From Balneolaceae bacterium (GTDB lineage: Bacteria; Bacteroidota; Rhodothermia; Balneolales; Balneolaceae), in the NCBI GenBank assembly GCA_965601955.1, contig OZ271855.1:2675553-2739552 (forward strand): DNA of 64,000 nucleotides, written 5' to 3'. The position numbers were made by a program, and so were the translations under genes. Positions 20,871-31,644 of the stretch are shown in pieces. The notes under the pieces are model-generated. The model was not told the DNA's origin, made no database searches, and saw only the letters and a list, made by a program, of their open reading frames with translations. Numbering within the stretch: position 1 is the stretch's first letter; each line of letters starts with the position of its first letter.

Positions 20871-21086
20871 TACTACTGTAAGTTTTAGAAGGCTCACAGT
20901 TGCCCATCAGTTTTTAGCCTTTTCTTATGCCCACTAGAGAGATGTAAAACTACGATCATTTAAAGATGAATTAATTTCATCAATTAAATTGATTAAAGTC
21001 TATAAAATCCCTTTTATAGCCGTAGCTAATGTTTTGGTCTGTAATAACTAACATCAGGTCCGATCCTCAAAAATCTCTTACAACTC

Positions 21087-23333
21087 ATGGAAAAAAACTT
21101 GTTTAGACTCCTTCCTTGCATAATCATTCTGGCTCTTCTTTTTACTCCCAAATTATCACTCGCTCAAACCGCTTATTATGACCTGGATACCCTTATTGAG
21201 TCAATCATTGACAAGATGACCATTGAAGAAAAGGTAGGTCAACTAGCCTTAAGGGGAAGAAGCAGTAGAGAAAGAGGGGCACTACCTGAAGAGTTATTGG
21301 CAAGTGTAAGGAATGGTGAGATTGGTGCTTTTTTGAACGTGATGGATACCTCCCATGTGCGGAAACTCCAGGAAGTAGCGGTAAACGAAAGTAAGCATGG
21401 TATTCCACTTCTTTTTGCACGGGACGTTATTCATGGATTTAAAACTATCTTCCCAATTCCCCTAGGACAGGCAGCCAGCTGGAACCCGGACATGGTTGAA
21501 GAAGGAAGCAGAATTGCTGCTCTAGAAGCTAGTTCTGTGGGTATTAGATGGACATTCGCTCCTATGCTGGATATCACCCAGGACAGCCGCTGGGGACGGA
21601 TTGCTGAATCCCCGGGCGAGGACCCTTACCTTGCTGGCCAACTGGCAAGAGCCTATATACGTGGATTCCAGGGGGACGATCTTACTGACCCAACACGAAT
21701 GGCTGCCACTGCAAAACACTTTATTGCGTACGGTGCAGCTATTGGCGGTCGGGATTATAACACCACTATTGTAAGCGATGAACAACTCTACAACTTATTC
21801 CTCCCTCCTTTTAAGGAAGCCATTGAAGAAAATGTTGCTACACTAATGTCTTCATTTAATGAAGTAAATGGAGTACCAGCTACCGGAAACAAAAAGATTT
21901 TAACAGACATCCTTCGCGGGGAATTTGGCTTTGATGGTTTTGTAGTCTCTGACTGGAATTCAGTGATCGAAATGATTGCTCATGGTTTTGCTGAAGATTA
22001 TAAACATGCCGCAGAACTAGCAGCTAATGCAGGGTTGGATATGGAAATGACTTCCACTGCTTATGAAGACTTTTTGGTTGAGTTAGTTAGAGAAGGTGCT
22101 GTTCCGGAATCTCAACTAGATTTCTATGTACGCAATATTCTTCGGATCAAATTCAGGCTAAATTTGTTTGCAGCTCCCTTCATTCCACAAAATCATCCGG
22201 GCACCTTCTATGCCGAAGAGCATTTAGAAAAAGCCAAAGAAGCTGCCATAGAAAGTAGTGTGCTTCTTACAAATGATGGCGTTCTCCCTTTGAAGTCCAA
22301 CCAAAAGATATTGCTAACCGGGCCTTTGGCTGATAAGGGGCGGGAACAGTTAGGAACATGGACCTTTGATGGTGAGGGCGACCCTTCCATTACTCCTAAA
22401 GAAGCGATGGAAGAAGCTGTATTTGTAGAAGGTCTTAACTTTAGCCGGGATAAGGACCAGAGTAATTTTCAACGTGTGCTTGATGCTGCTCAGGAGGCTG
22501 ATGTTATCGTATTTGTAGGCGGTGAAGAAGCCATTCTTTCCGGGGAAGCGCACTCACGTGCAAATATACAGCTACCGGGAGCACAGGAAGAATTAATAGC
22601 GGAATTAGTCAAGCTTGATAAGCCAGTCATTTTAGTATTAATGGCAGGTAGGCCAATTAATATTACAAACTATGTATCGGACCTAAATGCCGTGCTTATG
22701 ATGTGGCATCCTGGTACAATGGGCGGTCCGGCATTAAAAGAAATGCTATTGGGCATTGCTGAACCTTCCGGCCGTTTACCTGTAAGCTGGCCCAAAGCAG
22801 CGGGACAGCTTCCTTATTTTTATAACCATAAAAATACAGGCAGGCCTGCAAACCCTGAGTCCTTTGTGGGAATAGATGATATACCCATTGGAGCATGGCA
22901 AAGTAGCCTTGGTAATGAATCTCACTACTTAGATTTAGGCTTCACCCCTCTCTTCCCTTTCGGTTATGGACTTTCCTTCAGTGAAGTTGAATATGGAGAG
23001 ATAAATATCTCCGATTCCAATTTGGGAGAAGGCGAAAGTATTACAGTGGAAATAGAGGTTTCTAACACCGGAGAACGCACCACTTCAGAAGTCGTACAGC
23101 TTTATATTCGTGATAAAGTTGGAAGAATCACCCGCCCTGTTCGCCAGCTGAAACGGTTTGAAAAGGTAAACCTTGCTCCAGGTGAAAATAGAACCATAAC
23201 CTTCTCGCTGAGCTATGAAGACTTCAAATATTATGACAACGATGAAATTTTTGCTGTAGAGCCCGGAGAGATTGACATCTATGTGGGAAGTAATTCCACA
23301 GCTGATAAAAAGGTGACTATAGAGATTGAATAA
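21087..23333 (+). CDS. bglX: GH3 beta-glucosidase, secreted
   Basis: 748 aa with an N-terminal signal peptide. GH3 nucleophile context GFVVSDW. C-terminal Fn3-like domain. Confidence 0.85.
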   Translation: MEKNLFRLLPCIIILALLFTPKLSLAQTAYYDLDTLIESIIDKMTIEEKVGQLALRGRSSRERGALPEELLASVRNGEIGAFLNVMDTSHVRKLQEVAVNESKHGIPLLFARDVIHGFKTIFPIPLGQAASWNPDMVEEGSRIAALEASSVGIRWTFAPMLDITQDSRWGRIAESPGEDPYLAGQLARAYIRGFQGDDLTDPTRMAATAKHFIAYGAAIGGRDYNTTIVSDEQLYNLFLPPFKEAIEENVATLMSSFNEVNGVPATGNKKILTDILRGEFGFDGFVVSDWNSVIEMIAHGFAEDYKHAAELAANAGLDMEMTSTAYEDFLVELVREGAVPESQLDFYVRNILRIKFRLNLFAAPFIPQNHPGTFYAEEHLEKAKEAAIESSVLLTNDGVLPLKSNQKILLTGPLADKGREQLGTWTFDGEGDPSITPKEAMEEAVFVEGLNFSRDKDQSNFQRVLDAAQEADVIVFVGGEEAILSGEAHSRANIQLPGAQEELIAELVKLDKPVILVLMAGRPINITNYVSDLNAVLMMWHPGTMGGPALKEMLLGIAEPSGRLPVSWPKAAGQLPYFYNHKNTGRPANPESFVGIDDIPIGAWQSSLGNESHYLDLGFTPLFPFGYGLSFSEVEYGEINISDSNLGEGESITVEIEVSNTGERTTSEVVQLYIRDKVGRITRPVRQLKRFEKVNLAPGENRTITFSLSYEDFKYYDNDEIFAVEPGEIDIYVGSNSTADKKVTIEIE

Positions 23334-23390
23334 AGTCTTGGTTCTTTAATAATACGTACTTCGATACACCCTTCAGTAAATCTATAAAAG

Positions 23391-23411
23391 TTATCCACAT
23401 ACCGTTGATAA
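23391..23411. promoter_or_regulatory. perfect DnaA-box consensus TTATCCACA (23391-23399, + strand), plus an inverted 7/9 match TTATCAACG on the minus strand (complement of 23403-23411)
   Basis: Direct reading of agTTATCCACAtaccgTTGATAAct, about 300 nt upstream of nrdB. Confidence 0.35.
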
Positions 23412-23418
23412 CTTGATG

Positions 23419-23448
23419 TTGTTTTCGAGTTTTTTATTAATACCTTTG
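23419..23448 (+). promoter_or_regulatory. candidate Bacteroidota-type promoter (TTG-N19-TAccTTTG) for the riboswitch-nrdBA transcript
   Basis: TTG at 23419-23421, a 19-nt spacer, and TACCTTTG at 23441-23448. This lies just upstream of the riboswitch core. Confidence 0.3.
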
Positions 23449-23464
23449 TTTCTAATTAAACACT

Positions 23465-23600
23465 CCAAGGTGGTTTTTTATAAAACCAAAAGAGGGGAAT
23501 CACGTGAGAATCGTGAGCTGTTGCGCAACTGTAAGTGATTGTTATACAATCATAAGCCAGATTACCTTCCTTGACAGTGTGGATATTGCTTCGCATCAAA
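23465..23600 (+). promoter_or_regulatory. cobalamin (B12) riboswitch; boundaries approximate
   Basis: Core string aGAGGGGAAtcacGTGaGAAtCGtgaGCTGttGCGCAACTGTAAg, followed by a B12-box-like AAGCCAGAttACCttCC. Both are in the 5' leader of nrdB. Confidence 0.75.
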
Positions 23601-23710
23601 AGCAAGTGTCCGGATTCTGAATGGATAGTTAGTATTTCTATAAGCTGTTACTGACTTCACTTTCGTTCACGCTGCTTTTGAGTATCCCACAACTAAAAAA
23701 CAAAGGCGGC

Positions 23711-24685
23711 ATGAGTATTTTTGAAAAACGAATTAACTATAAACCATTTGAATATCCTGAGGTCTTACAATTCACCGAGGCTATCAATAAATCTTTTTGG
23801 GTACATTCCGAAATAGATTTTACAGCTGACGTACAGGACTTCCACTCTCATCTACAAGAACACGAAAAACAGGCAGTAAAAAGAAGCTTATTAGCTATCG
23901 CTCAAATCGAGGTAGCTGTAAAATCATTCTGGGGAAATTTATATCACCATTTGCCAAAGCCGGAATTCAATGGTTTGGGCAGTACATTTGCTGAATGCGA
24001 ATTCAGACATTCTGAAGCATATTCTCGTCTGTTAGAGGTATTGGGCTACAATGACGAGTTTAAATATCTGATTGAAACTCCAGTAATCCGAAAGCGAGTA
24101 GATTACTTATCTCAGGCTCTTGCTCACTCAAAATCTGAAGATAAGGAGAGATATATCTTTTCACTTATTCTTTTTTCAATACTTATCGAAAACGTTTCCC
24201 TCTTCAGCCAGTTTGCTATCATCCTCTCCTTCACGCGTTTTAAAGGAGCATTAAAAAACATTAGCAATATCATTGCATGGACTTCGGTTGATGAGCAGAT
24301 TCATGCGAATGCCGGCATTTATATTGTAAATACATTTCGCTCAGAATTCCCAGATTTCTTCAACGAGCAAACAGTTGCAGAAGTAAAAGAGATTGTATCC
24401 CATTCCATAGAAGTTGAATCTGAAATTCTGGATTGGATATTTGAGGAAGGTGAGATTGAGAACATTACGAAAAAGAATCTGCTCGACTTCATGAAATTCA
24501 GAGCAGATGAAAGCCTATCACAGATTGGTATAGAAAAACTGTTTTTTATTTCTGAATACGATTACCAGCCTGTTTCATGGTTCGAAGAAGAAGTATTTGC
24601 AAATAGTCTGGATGATTTTTTTGCAAAACGCCCTGTTGATTACACCAAGCATGATAAAAGCATCACGGCTGACGACCTGTTCTGA
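23711..24685 (+). CDS. nrdB: ribonucleotide reductase small (beta) subunit
   Basis: Metal-ligand pattern E (IAQIEVAV), ExxH with Tyr (ECEFRHSEAY), E (ENVSLF), ExxH (DEQIHANAG). The track start 23678 is TTG; the first ATG is at 23711. Confidence 0.9.
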   Translation: MSIFEKRINYKPFEYPEVLQFTEAINKSFWVHSEIDFTADVQDFHSHLQEHEKQAVKRSLLAIAQIEVAVKSFWGNLYHHLPKPEFNGLGSTFAECEFRHSEAYSRLLEVLGYNDEFKYLIETPVIRKRVDYLSQALAHSKSEDKERYIFSLILFSILIENVSLFSQFAIILSFTRFKGALKNISNIIAWTSVDEQIHANAGIYIVNTFRSEFPDFFNEQTVAEVKEIVSHSIEVESEILDWIFEEGEIENITKKNLLDFMKFRADESLSQIGIEKLFFISEYDYQPVSWFEEEVFANSLDDFFAKRPVDYTKHDKSITADDLF

Positions 24686-24738
24686 TCTTTTCAGAATCAT
24701 TGACCTAAAACTCCCTTCACAATAAAAACTAAAGTAAT

Positions 24739-26385
24739 ATGGAAAGATTATGGTGGCTTAATGATGAAAGCCAAAACATGCTGAAACGAGGTTACCTGCT
24801 AAAAGGTGAAACTGTTGAAACAGCCATTGAACGGATAGCTACTGCTGCTGCAAAAAGATTATATAAACCAGAACTCACCGAATCATTCATTGAGATGATA
24901 GAAAAAGGCTGGATGAGTTTAAGTTCTCCTATATGGGCAAATATGGGTACCGAAAGAGGACTTCCTATTTCCTGTTTTAATGTATATGTGCCGGACAATA
25001 TCGAAGGCATTACGCATAAACTGGGAGAGGTTATTATGCAGACAAAACTTGGCGGAGGGACGTCCGGTTATTTTGGCGAATTGAGAGAAAGAGGCAGCGC
25101 TGTAACGGACAACGGAAAAAGTAGTGGAGCTGTGAGCTTTATGAAGCTATTCGATACTGCTATGGATACCATATCCCAGGGTGGAGTTCGAAGAGGTGCT
25201 TTTGCTGCTTATCTTGATATTGATCACCCTGATATTGCAGAATTTTTGGAGATTAAAAATATCGGTAGTCCTATTCAAAACCTCTTCTTTGGGGTTTGTA
25301 TCCCCGATTACTGGATGAACGAAATGATAGAAGGAGACCAGGAAAAACGAACTATCTGGGCTAAAGTCCTTGAAAGTAGGCAGCAAAAAGGCCTCCCCTA
25401 CCTGTTCTTTTCCGATAACATAAACAGGTTTAAACCTGATGTATATATAGACAAGAATATGACCATCAGCTCAAGCAATTTATGCTCAGAAATAGCTCTT
25501 CCATCCAATCATGACGAGTCTTTTATTTGCTGTTTATCCTCTATGAATTTAGAACTATATGACGAGTGGAAAGACACAGATGCAGTAAAGAGAGCCACCT
25601 TTTTCCTAGATGCTGTTCTGCAAGAATTCATCATAAAAACGGAAGATGACCATTATCTCGCCTCAGCGAACAAATTTGCAAAACGACATCGGGCTCTCGG
25701 TTTAGGAGTATTGGGCTGGCATTCCTATCTGCAAAAAAATATGATTCCGTTTGAAGGCTTGCGTGCAAAATCCCTCACAAATGAAATCTTCAAGCATATT
25801 AGTGAACAGGCTAATGAGGCAAGTAAGGAACTGGCGACTATATATGGAGAACCTGAATTACTACAGGAATATGGCAGACGGAACACTACACTGATGGCCA
25901 TAGCTCCTACTACTTCCTCTTCAGCGATTCTTGGCCAGGCATCACCCGGAATTGAGCCATTCAGTAGTAATTACTACAAAGCGGGGCTAGCTAAAGGTAA
26001 TTTCATGAGAAAGAATAAATACCTTCGAGAATTATTAATTGAAAAAGGTCTGGATACAGAGGAAACCTGGAGAAGCATTATGCTGAATCAGGGTAGCGTT
26101 CAACATCTGGATCAATTAACAACCGAAGAAAAAGAAGTATTCAAAACATTCAAAGAAATCAGTCAACTGGAGATTATCCAGCAAGCTTCTATACGGCAAA
26201 AATATATCGACCAGGCACAGAGCTTAAATCTGAATATACCTCATAATCTTCCGGTTAAAGAAGTAAATAAGTTGATCATTGAGGCATGGGAACTAGGGGT
26301 TAAAACCTTGTATTACCAACGTAGCCAAAGCGTATCAAAAGAGTTTGTTTCTAATATAGTCTCCTGCTCAAGCTGTGAAGCATAA
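24739..26385 (+). CDS. nrdA: ribonucleotide reductase large (alpha) subunit, short form without ATP-cone
   Basis: 548 aa. PISCFN, SNLCSEI (thiyl Cys context), and a C-terminal CSSCEA redox pair. No VxKRDG-type cone at the N-terminus. Confidence 0.9.
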   Translation: MERLWWLNDESQNMLKRGYLLKGETVETAIERIATAAAKRLYKPELTESFIEMIEKGWMSLSSPIWANMGTERGLPISCFNVYVPDNIEGITHKLGEVIMQTKLGGGTSGYFGELRERGSAVTDNGKSSGAVSFMKLFDTAMDTISQGGVRRGAFAAYLDIDHPDIAEFLEIKNIGSPIQNLFFGVCIPDYWMNEMIEGDQEKRTIWAKVLESRQQKGLPYLFFSDNINRFKPDVYIDKNMTISSSNLCSEIALPSNHDESFICCLSSMNLELYDEWKDTDAVKRATFFLDAVLQEFIIKTEDDHYLASANKFAKRHRALGLGVLGWHSYLQKNMIPFEGLRAKSLTNEIFKHISEQANEASKELATIYGEPELLQEYGRRNTTLMAIAPTTSSSAILGQASPGIEPFSSNYYKAGLAKGNFMRKNKYLRELLIEKGLDTEETWRSIMLNQGSVQHLDQLTTEEKEVFKTFKEISQLEIIQQASIRQKYIDQAQSLNLNIPHNLPVKEVNKLIIEAWELGVKTLYYQRSQSVSKEFVSNIVSCSSCEA

Positions 26386-26625
26386 TTATGAGGAAGTTTA
26401 CCCGATTACTTAATGAGAGCAGTCCGTCTGTAGTCTTGAATTCAGAGCTATAGTTGGGACAGCAAGTTTCTGGTCTATAACTGTTAACAGCAATGGATGA
26501 AAGATCAACTAGGAATTACTGAATCAAATGTTCAATTCACCTTCCAATTTGTTCAACTCACTTTATTTCTGGCATTAAAATTCTCGAAATCATTGTTCAT
26601 TTGTATTGAATTTCAAATCAATACA

Positions 26626-27306
26626 ATGAATAAAATGAAAACTAAGCTAATAATCGTATGGCTTTGTACAGCTGTCATTTATTTTCTGTTTCTAACATGG
26701 AATGGGTTATTCACAAACCCATTATCAGAACAGGAGATAGAAAAATACATTGAAGTCTTAAAAAAGAATGCCTCTGAAGATGACTTAGAAAACAATTACT
26801 CTGAAGGTGACTTGGAAGAGATACTATCATTCATGCAGGAAGATGACGGTAAACCTATAATTATGGTAAACGCAATCAAACTATATGATACTCCAAAAAT
26901 TGTGAATGGAAAAACTTTCAGTTCCTCCGAAGAAGCTCTTGCCGATTATACGAGTTTTGTAGGACCATATTTACTCAAGAGGGGTAGTTATCCAATATTT
27001 AGTGGAACATCACTAATGGATGCTCCTACAGTGTGGGGAATTGAAAACGCAAAAGAATGGACTACAGCTTCGCTGGTAAGATATAAAAGCCGAAGAGTAA
27101 TGATGGAATTATCTACGGATCCTGTTTTTCAACAATTCCATGATAGTAAAGTAGCAGCTATGGAAAAGACAATGGCTTTTCCAGTACGTTCTGATATTCA
27201 TCTTGTTAATTTAAGCCTGTTTGTAGGACTGTTTTTGACGGTTATTGGATTGGCTATTTCATTGTTTATAGTAAGAAGAAACATTGCTCCTTTTGAAACG
27301 CAATAG
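26626..27306 (+). CDS. hypothetical membrane-anchored protein (N- and C-terminal TM helices)
   Basis: The track ORF starts at 26497. The ATG at 26626 (MNKMKTKLIIVWL...) gives a plausible signal/anchor N-terminus. No recognisable family. Confidence 0.55.
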   Translation: MNKMKTKLIIVWLCTAVIYFLFLTWNGLFTNPLSEQEIEKYIEVLKKNASEDDLENNYSEGDLEEILSFMQEDDGKPIIMVNAIKLYDTPKIVNGKTFSSSEEALADYTSFVGPYLLKRGSYPIFSGTSLMDAPTVWGIENAKEWTTASLVRYKSRRVMMELSTDPVFQQFHDSKVAAMEKTMAFPVRSDIHLVNLSLFVGLFLTVIGLAISLFIVRRNIAPFETQ

Positions 27307-27324
27307 TCTTATATATCTCTATAT

Positions 27325-27357
27325 AAAAAAAGCCCTGATAATATCAGGGCTTTAAAA
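27325..27357. terminator. intrinsic terminator between convergent genes, strongest for atpC on the minus strand
   Basis: aaaaaaAGCCCTGATaatATCAGGGCTtt: a 9-bp stem (27331-27339 / 27343-27351) flanked by an A-run, which is a U-run on the minus strand. Confidence 0.7.
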
Positions 27358-27378
27358 TCTCAAAGAAGCAATATTATC

Positions 27379-27636
27379 TTATTCTTCTACAACCGATTCA
27401 GCAAGAAGCGTCAATTTGTTCTTAACTACTTCAACAAAACCACCTGAGATATTGTAGGTGGTATCGCCATCAGCCTTTCGAACAAGAACCGTTCCTTCAT
27501 CCAATGCAGATACAATAGGAGCGTGGTTTGCTTTTACTTCAAAACTACCCATCACACCAGGCATCTGAACACCAGACACATCTCCTTCAAATAAGGAGCC
27601 ATCCGGAGTTAGAATTTGAGCTTTAAATGTACTCAT
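27379..27636 (-). CDS. atpC: F0F1 ATP synthase subunit epsilon (short form)
   Basis: 85-aa beta-sandwich-type sequence directly downstream of atpD. Confidence 0.85.
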   Translation of the reverse strand: MSTFKAQILTPDGSLFEGDVSGVQMPGVMGSFEVKANHAPIVSALDEGTVLVRKADGDTTYNISGGFVEVVKNKLTLLAESVVEE

Positions 27637-27655
27637 GCGTTTCTACCTTGATGAA

Positions 27656-29167
<1,512 letters not shown>

Positions 29168-29380
29168 TTATTTTAAAATTTCTGAGTAATTAGCTTTCGA
29201 AAACTTGCACTGCTGCAAAGGCTGATAAAGATAGGCAGATATAGAAACAGAGGCAATCATTTCGTGCACGGTTTATTTAATACAAAATCAACCAACACTG
29301 CCCGAACCAATCTGCATCTTCATAAAATCTTCACATAGTAGTTGTTTGTTTTGCGCTTTGTTAAATAACTATTCGTCTTA

Positions 29381-30082
29381 ATGCCTTTAGTAGCATATAT
29401 CCCTATTTCAACTACCCTTTTCTGTGTGTATTTCTTTTATGTGATTTACAATCACTGGAGAAGTAAACCTGAAGCGCTCTACTTACTTTGGTGGACGATA
29501 GGAGTTGTTACTTATGCTGCCGGTACGACGGTTGAGAGTCTACATACCATTTTTGGGTGGAACCCTGTACTTTTTAAAACCTGGTATATCGCAGGGGCTT
29601 TCCTGGGAGGAGTTCCATTAGCACAAGGAACCATTTACCTGTTGATGAAAAAGAAAACCGCTCACATAATGACCTCCGTTCTGGTTGTTGTGCTTATAAT
29701 ATCGAGTATCCTGGTAATCCTTTCTCCACTTGACGAATCCGTTGTTACGGAGAAATTAAATGGGAATGTACTTGAGTGGAGTTTCATCCGCCTGATAACT
29801 CCTTTTGTCAATATTTACGCGGTTATCTTTCTTGTAGGTGGTGCATTTTACTCAGCATTTAAGTATTTCGGGAATAATGAATTCAAAGGCCGCTTTTGGG
29901 GAAATGTACTCATTGCTGTTGGTGGGATTTTGCCGGGGATTGGAGGCACTGCCACTAAGTTTGGATATACTTATGTATTGTATGTAACCGAGCTTCTGGG
30001 AATCCTGCTCATATTCTGGGGATATATGATTATAAAAAGTGACCATTCCCTTTCAGTGCATCAAAACCAGGTTTCAACTTAA
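29381..30082 (+). CDS. hypothetical polytopic membrane protein (about 6-7 TM)
   Basis: 233-aa hydrophobic ORF. No family recognised. Confidence 0.6.
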   Translation: MPLVAYIPISTTLFCVYFFYVIYNHWRSKPEALYLLWWTIGVVTYAAGTTVESLHTIFGWNPVLFKTWYIAGAFLGGVPLAQGTIYLLMKKKTAHIMTSVLVVVLIISSILVILSPLDESVVTEKLNGNVLEWSFIRLITPFVNIYAVIFLVGGAFYSAFKYFGNNEFKGRFWGNVLIAVGGILPGIGGTATKFGYTYVLYVTELLGILLIFWGYMIIKSDHSLSVHQNQVST

Positions 30083-30138
30083 TTTCTTTTTTTTTCATAT
30101 TTGGGAGCTTGCTATTCAAAAAGAGCAACTCTTTTGTG

Positions 30139-31488
30139 ATGAAAAAAATATATCTGGTTTTATTTTTACTTCCGCTTTTAGTGTCGGTGGGCTGTACACA
30201 GCTTTATACTACTACCATCAACGTGAATAAAGCTCCCTTGCCGGATTCAGCTGAGGTATTCACCTACATAGCAGGAACAGATATTTTCGGGGAGATTGAG
30301 GTTATTGGTTCTATTGAGGTAAATACTAATGCACAAAGGGACTGTAATATGCAGAAGTTTGAGACGGATGCACATGATATTGCCAGGTCGGCAGGTGGAA
30401 ATGCCCTTATCGTTCAGGAAATTGATCTTAAGTATAGCTGCCTGAACTTTACTGGACATATCGCAAGAATTACCTACGCCGAAGATACCGCATTAATTGA
30501 CAGAGAGAATTTGAAGAGAACATGGAGCAACCGTTTCGACCCTATTGAAGGCATTTATGAAAGTACGGGACCTAACCTCCGAAACATGGAAGTTGGGGTT
30601 CTGAAGAATAACACAGGCGGTTATTCACTGATCTATCTAAACGGAACTAATAATGAATACAGGACCCTATGGAAAGAAGGAAATCTAAAGGCAAAACTTT
30701 CTAATACAGGTGCTGTCAATACCTTTAAAACCACATGGTTGGAGCACAACAGAACCTATGGCACCGACTACCTTATATCATTTTCCGAAGGGATTATGAG
30801 CCTGATTAACACAGAAGCAGAGATAAACCAGCCTTTCCTGAAGATGTATCCCACTCAAAATTCTTTTACTTCTGCTTCGGGATCAGGTTTTGCCATTTCC
30901 CAAAAAGGCTACATCGTAACCAACCATCATGTAGTTGAAGGGGCTGAAAGCATTACTGTTAAAGGAATTAATGGGAACTTCAATCAAAGCTACACTGCCG
31001 AGGTGATTGTAACAGATCAGCGAAATGATTTAGCCATTATAAAAATCGATATAGAAGATGAAACTATAGGAACCATCCCCTTCCAGTTAAAAAAGGACCT
31101 TTCCCAGGTAGGAAATGAAGTATTTGTACTGGGCTACCCTTTAAGGGCCACGATGGGAGATGAACTAAAACTGACAACCGGTATAATAAGCTCCAGAACC
31201 GGTTTCCAGGGAGACATCACTTCCTACCAGATATCAGCGCCCGTACAGCCGGGAAATAGCGGTGGTCCAACCTTCGATATGGATGGAAACCTGATTGGAA
31301 TTGTAAATGCCAAGCATGCAGGTGCTGAAAATGCCAGCTATTCAGTAAAAGCAAACTACCTGATCAATTTATTTGAGCTGCTCCCCGAAGAAGTCCGGCT
31401 TGAACTTGCGGAAGATACTCCCAATGCTTCGCTTGCCGATCTGGTAGAATCTGTTCGAAATCATGTCTACATCATTGAAGTAGATTAG
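30139..31488 (+). CDS. S1C-like (trypsin-like peptidase domain) serine protease lipoprotein with an uncharacterised N-terminal domain of ~250 aa
   Basis: Lipobox LVSVGC. Triad contexts TNHHVV, NDLAIIKI, PGNSGGP. The track ORF starts at 30109 (non-ATG); the ATG is at 30139. Confidence 0.75.
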   Translation: MKKIYLVLFLLPLLVSVGCTQLYTTTINVNKAPLPDSAEVFTYIAGTDIFGEIEVIGSIEVNTNAQRDCNMQKFETDAHDIARSAGGNALIVQEIDLKYSCLNFTGHIARITYAEDTALIDRENLKRTWSNRFDPIEGIYESTGPNLRNMEVGVLKNNTGGYSLIYLNGTNNEYRTLWKEGNLKAKLSNTGAVNTFKTTWLEHNRTYGTDYLISFSEGIMSLINTEAEINQPFLKMYPTQNSFTSASGSGFAISQKGYIVTNHHVVEGAESITVKGINGNFNQSYTAEVIVTDQRNDLAIIKIDIEDETIGTIPFQLKKDLSQVGNEVFVLGYPLRATMGDELKLTTGIISSRTGFQGDITSYQISAPVQPGNSGGPTFDMDGNLIGIVNAKHAGAENASYSVKANYLINLFELLPEEVRLELAEDTPNASLADLVESVRNHVYIIEVD

Positions 31489-31594
31489 ACTTCTCAACTG
31501 CTATTCACTGTTTATTTAAAAAGCTGATCAATTCTTTTAATTTCAGCATCTAGAACTAGCAAATCCCCTCTTAAAATTCTATCTTTGTTTTTCT

Positions 31595-31625
31595 TGAGCC
31601 GATCTAATCCATCGGCTCATTTTTA
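31595..31625 (+). terminator. rho-independent terminator of the protease gene
   Basis: TGAGCCGATctaatccATCGGCTCAttttta: a 9-bp stem, 7-nt loop and T-run. Confidence 0.7.
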
Positions 31626-31644
31626 TAGATATACACGATAAAAG

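Noticed and set aside
20965-20981. AT-rich near-palindrome GATGAATTAATTTCATC between the S1 protease gene and bglX.
   Set aside because: It is short, imperfect and in a generally AT-rich spacer, and there is no second copy or phased partner. It is indistinguishable from chance.
23391-23411. Possible replication origin, suggested by the perfect DnaA box.
   Set aside because: There is only one perfect box plus one weak one. There is no cluster of boxes, no adjacent AT-rich unwinding element, and no dnaA/dnaN nearby. It is more consistent with promoter-level regulation of nrd.
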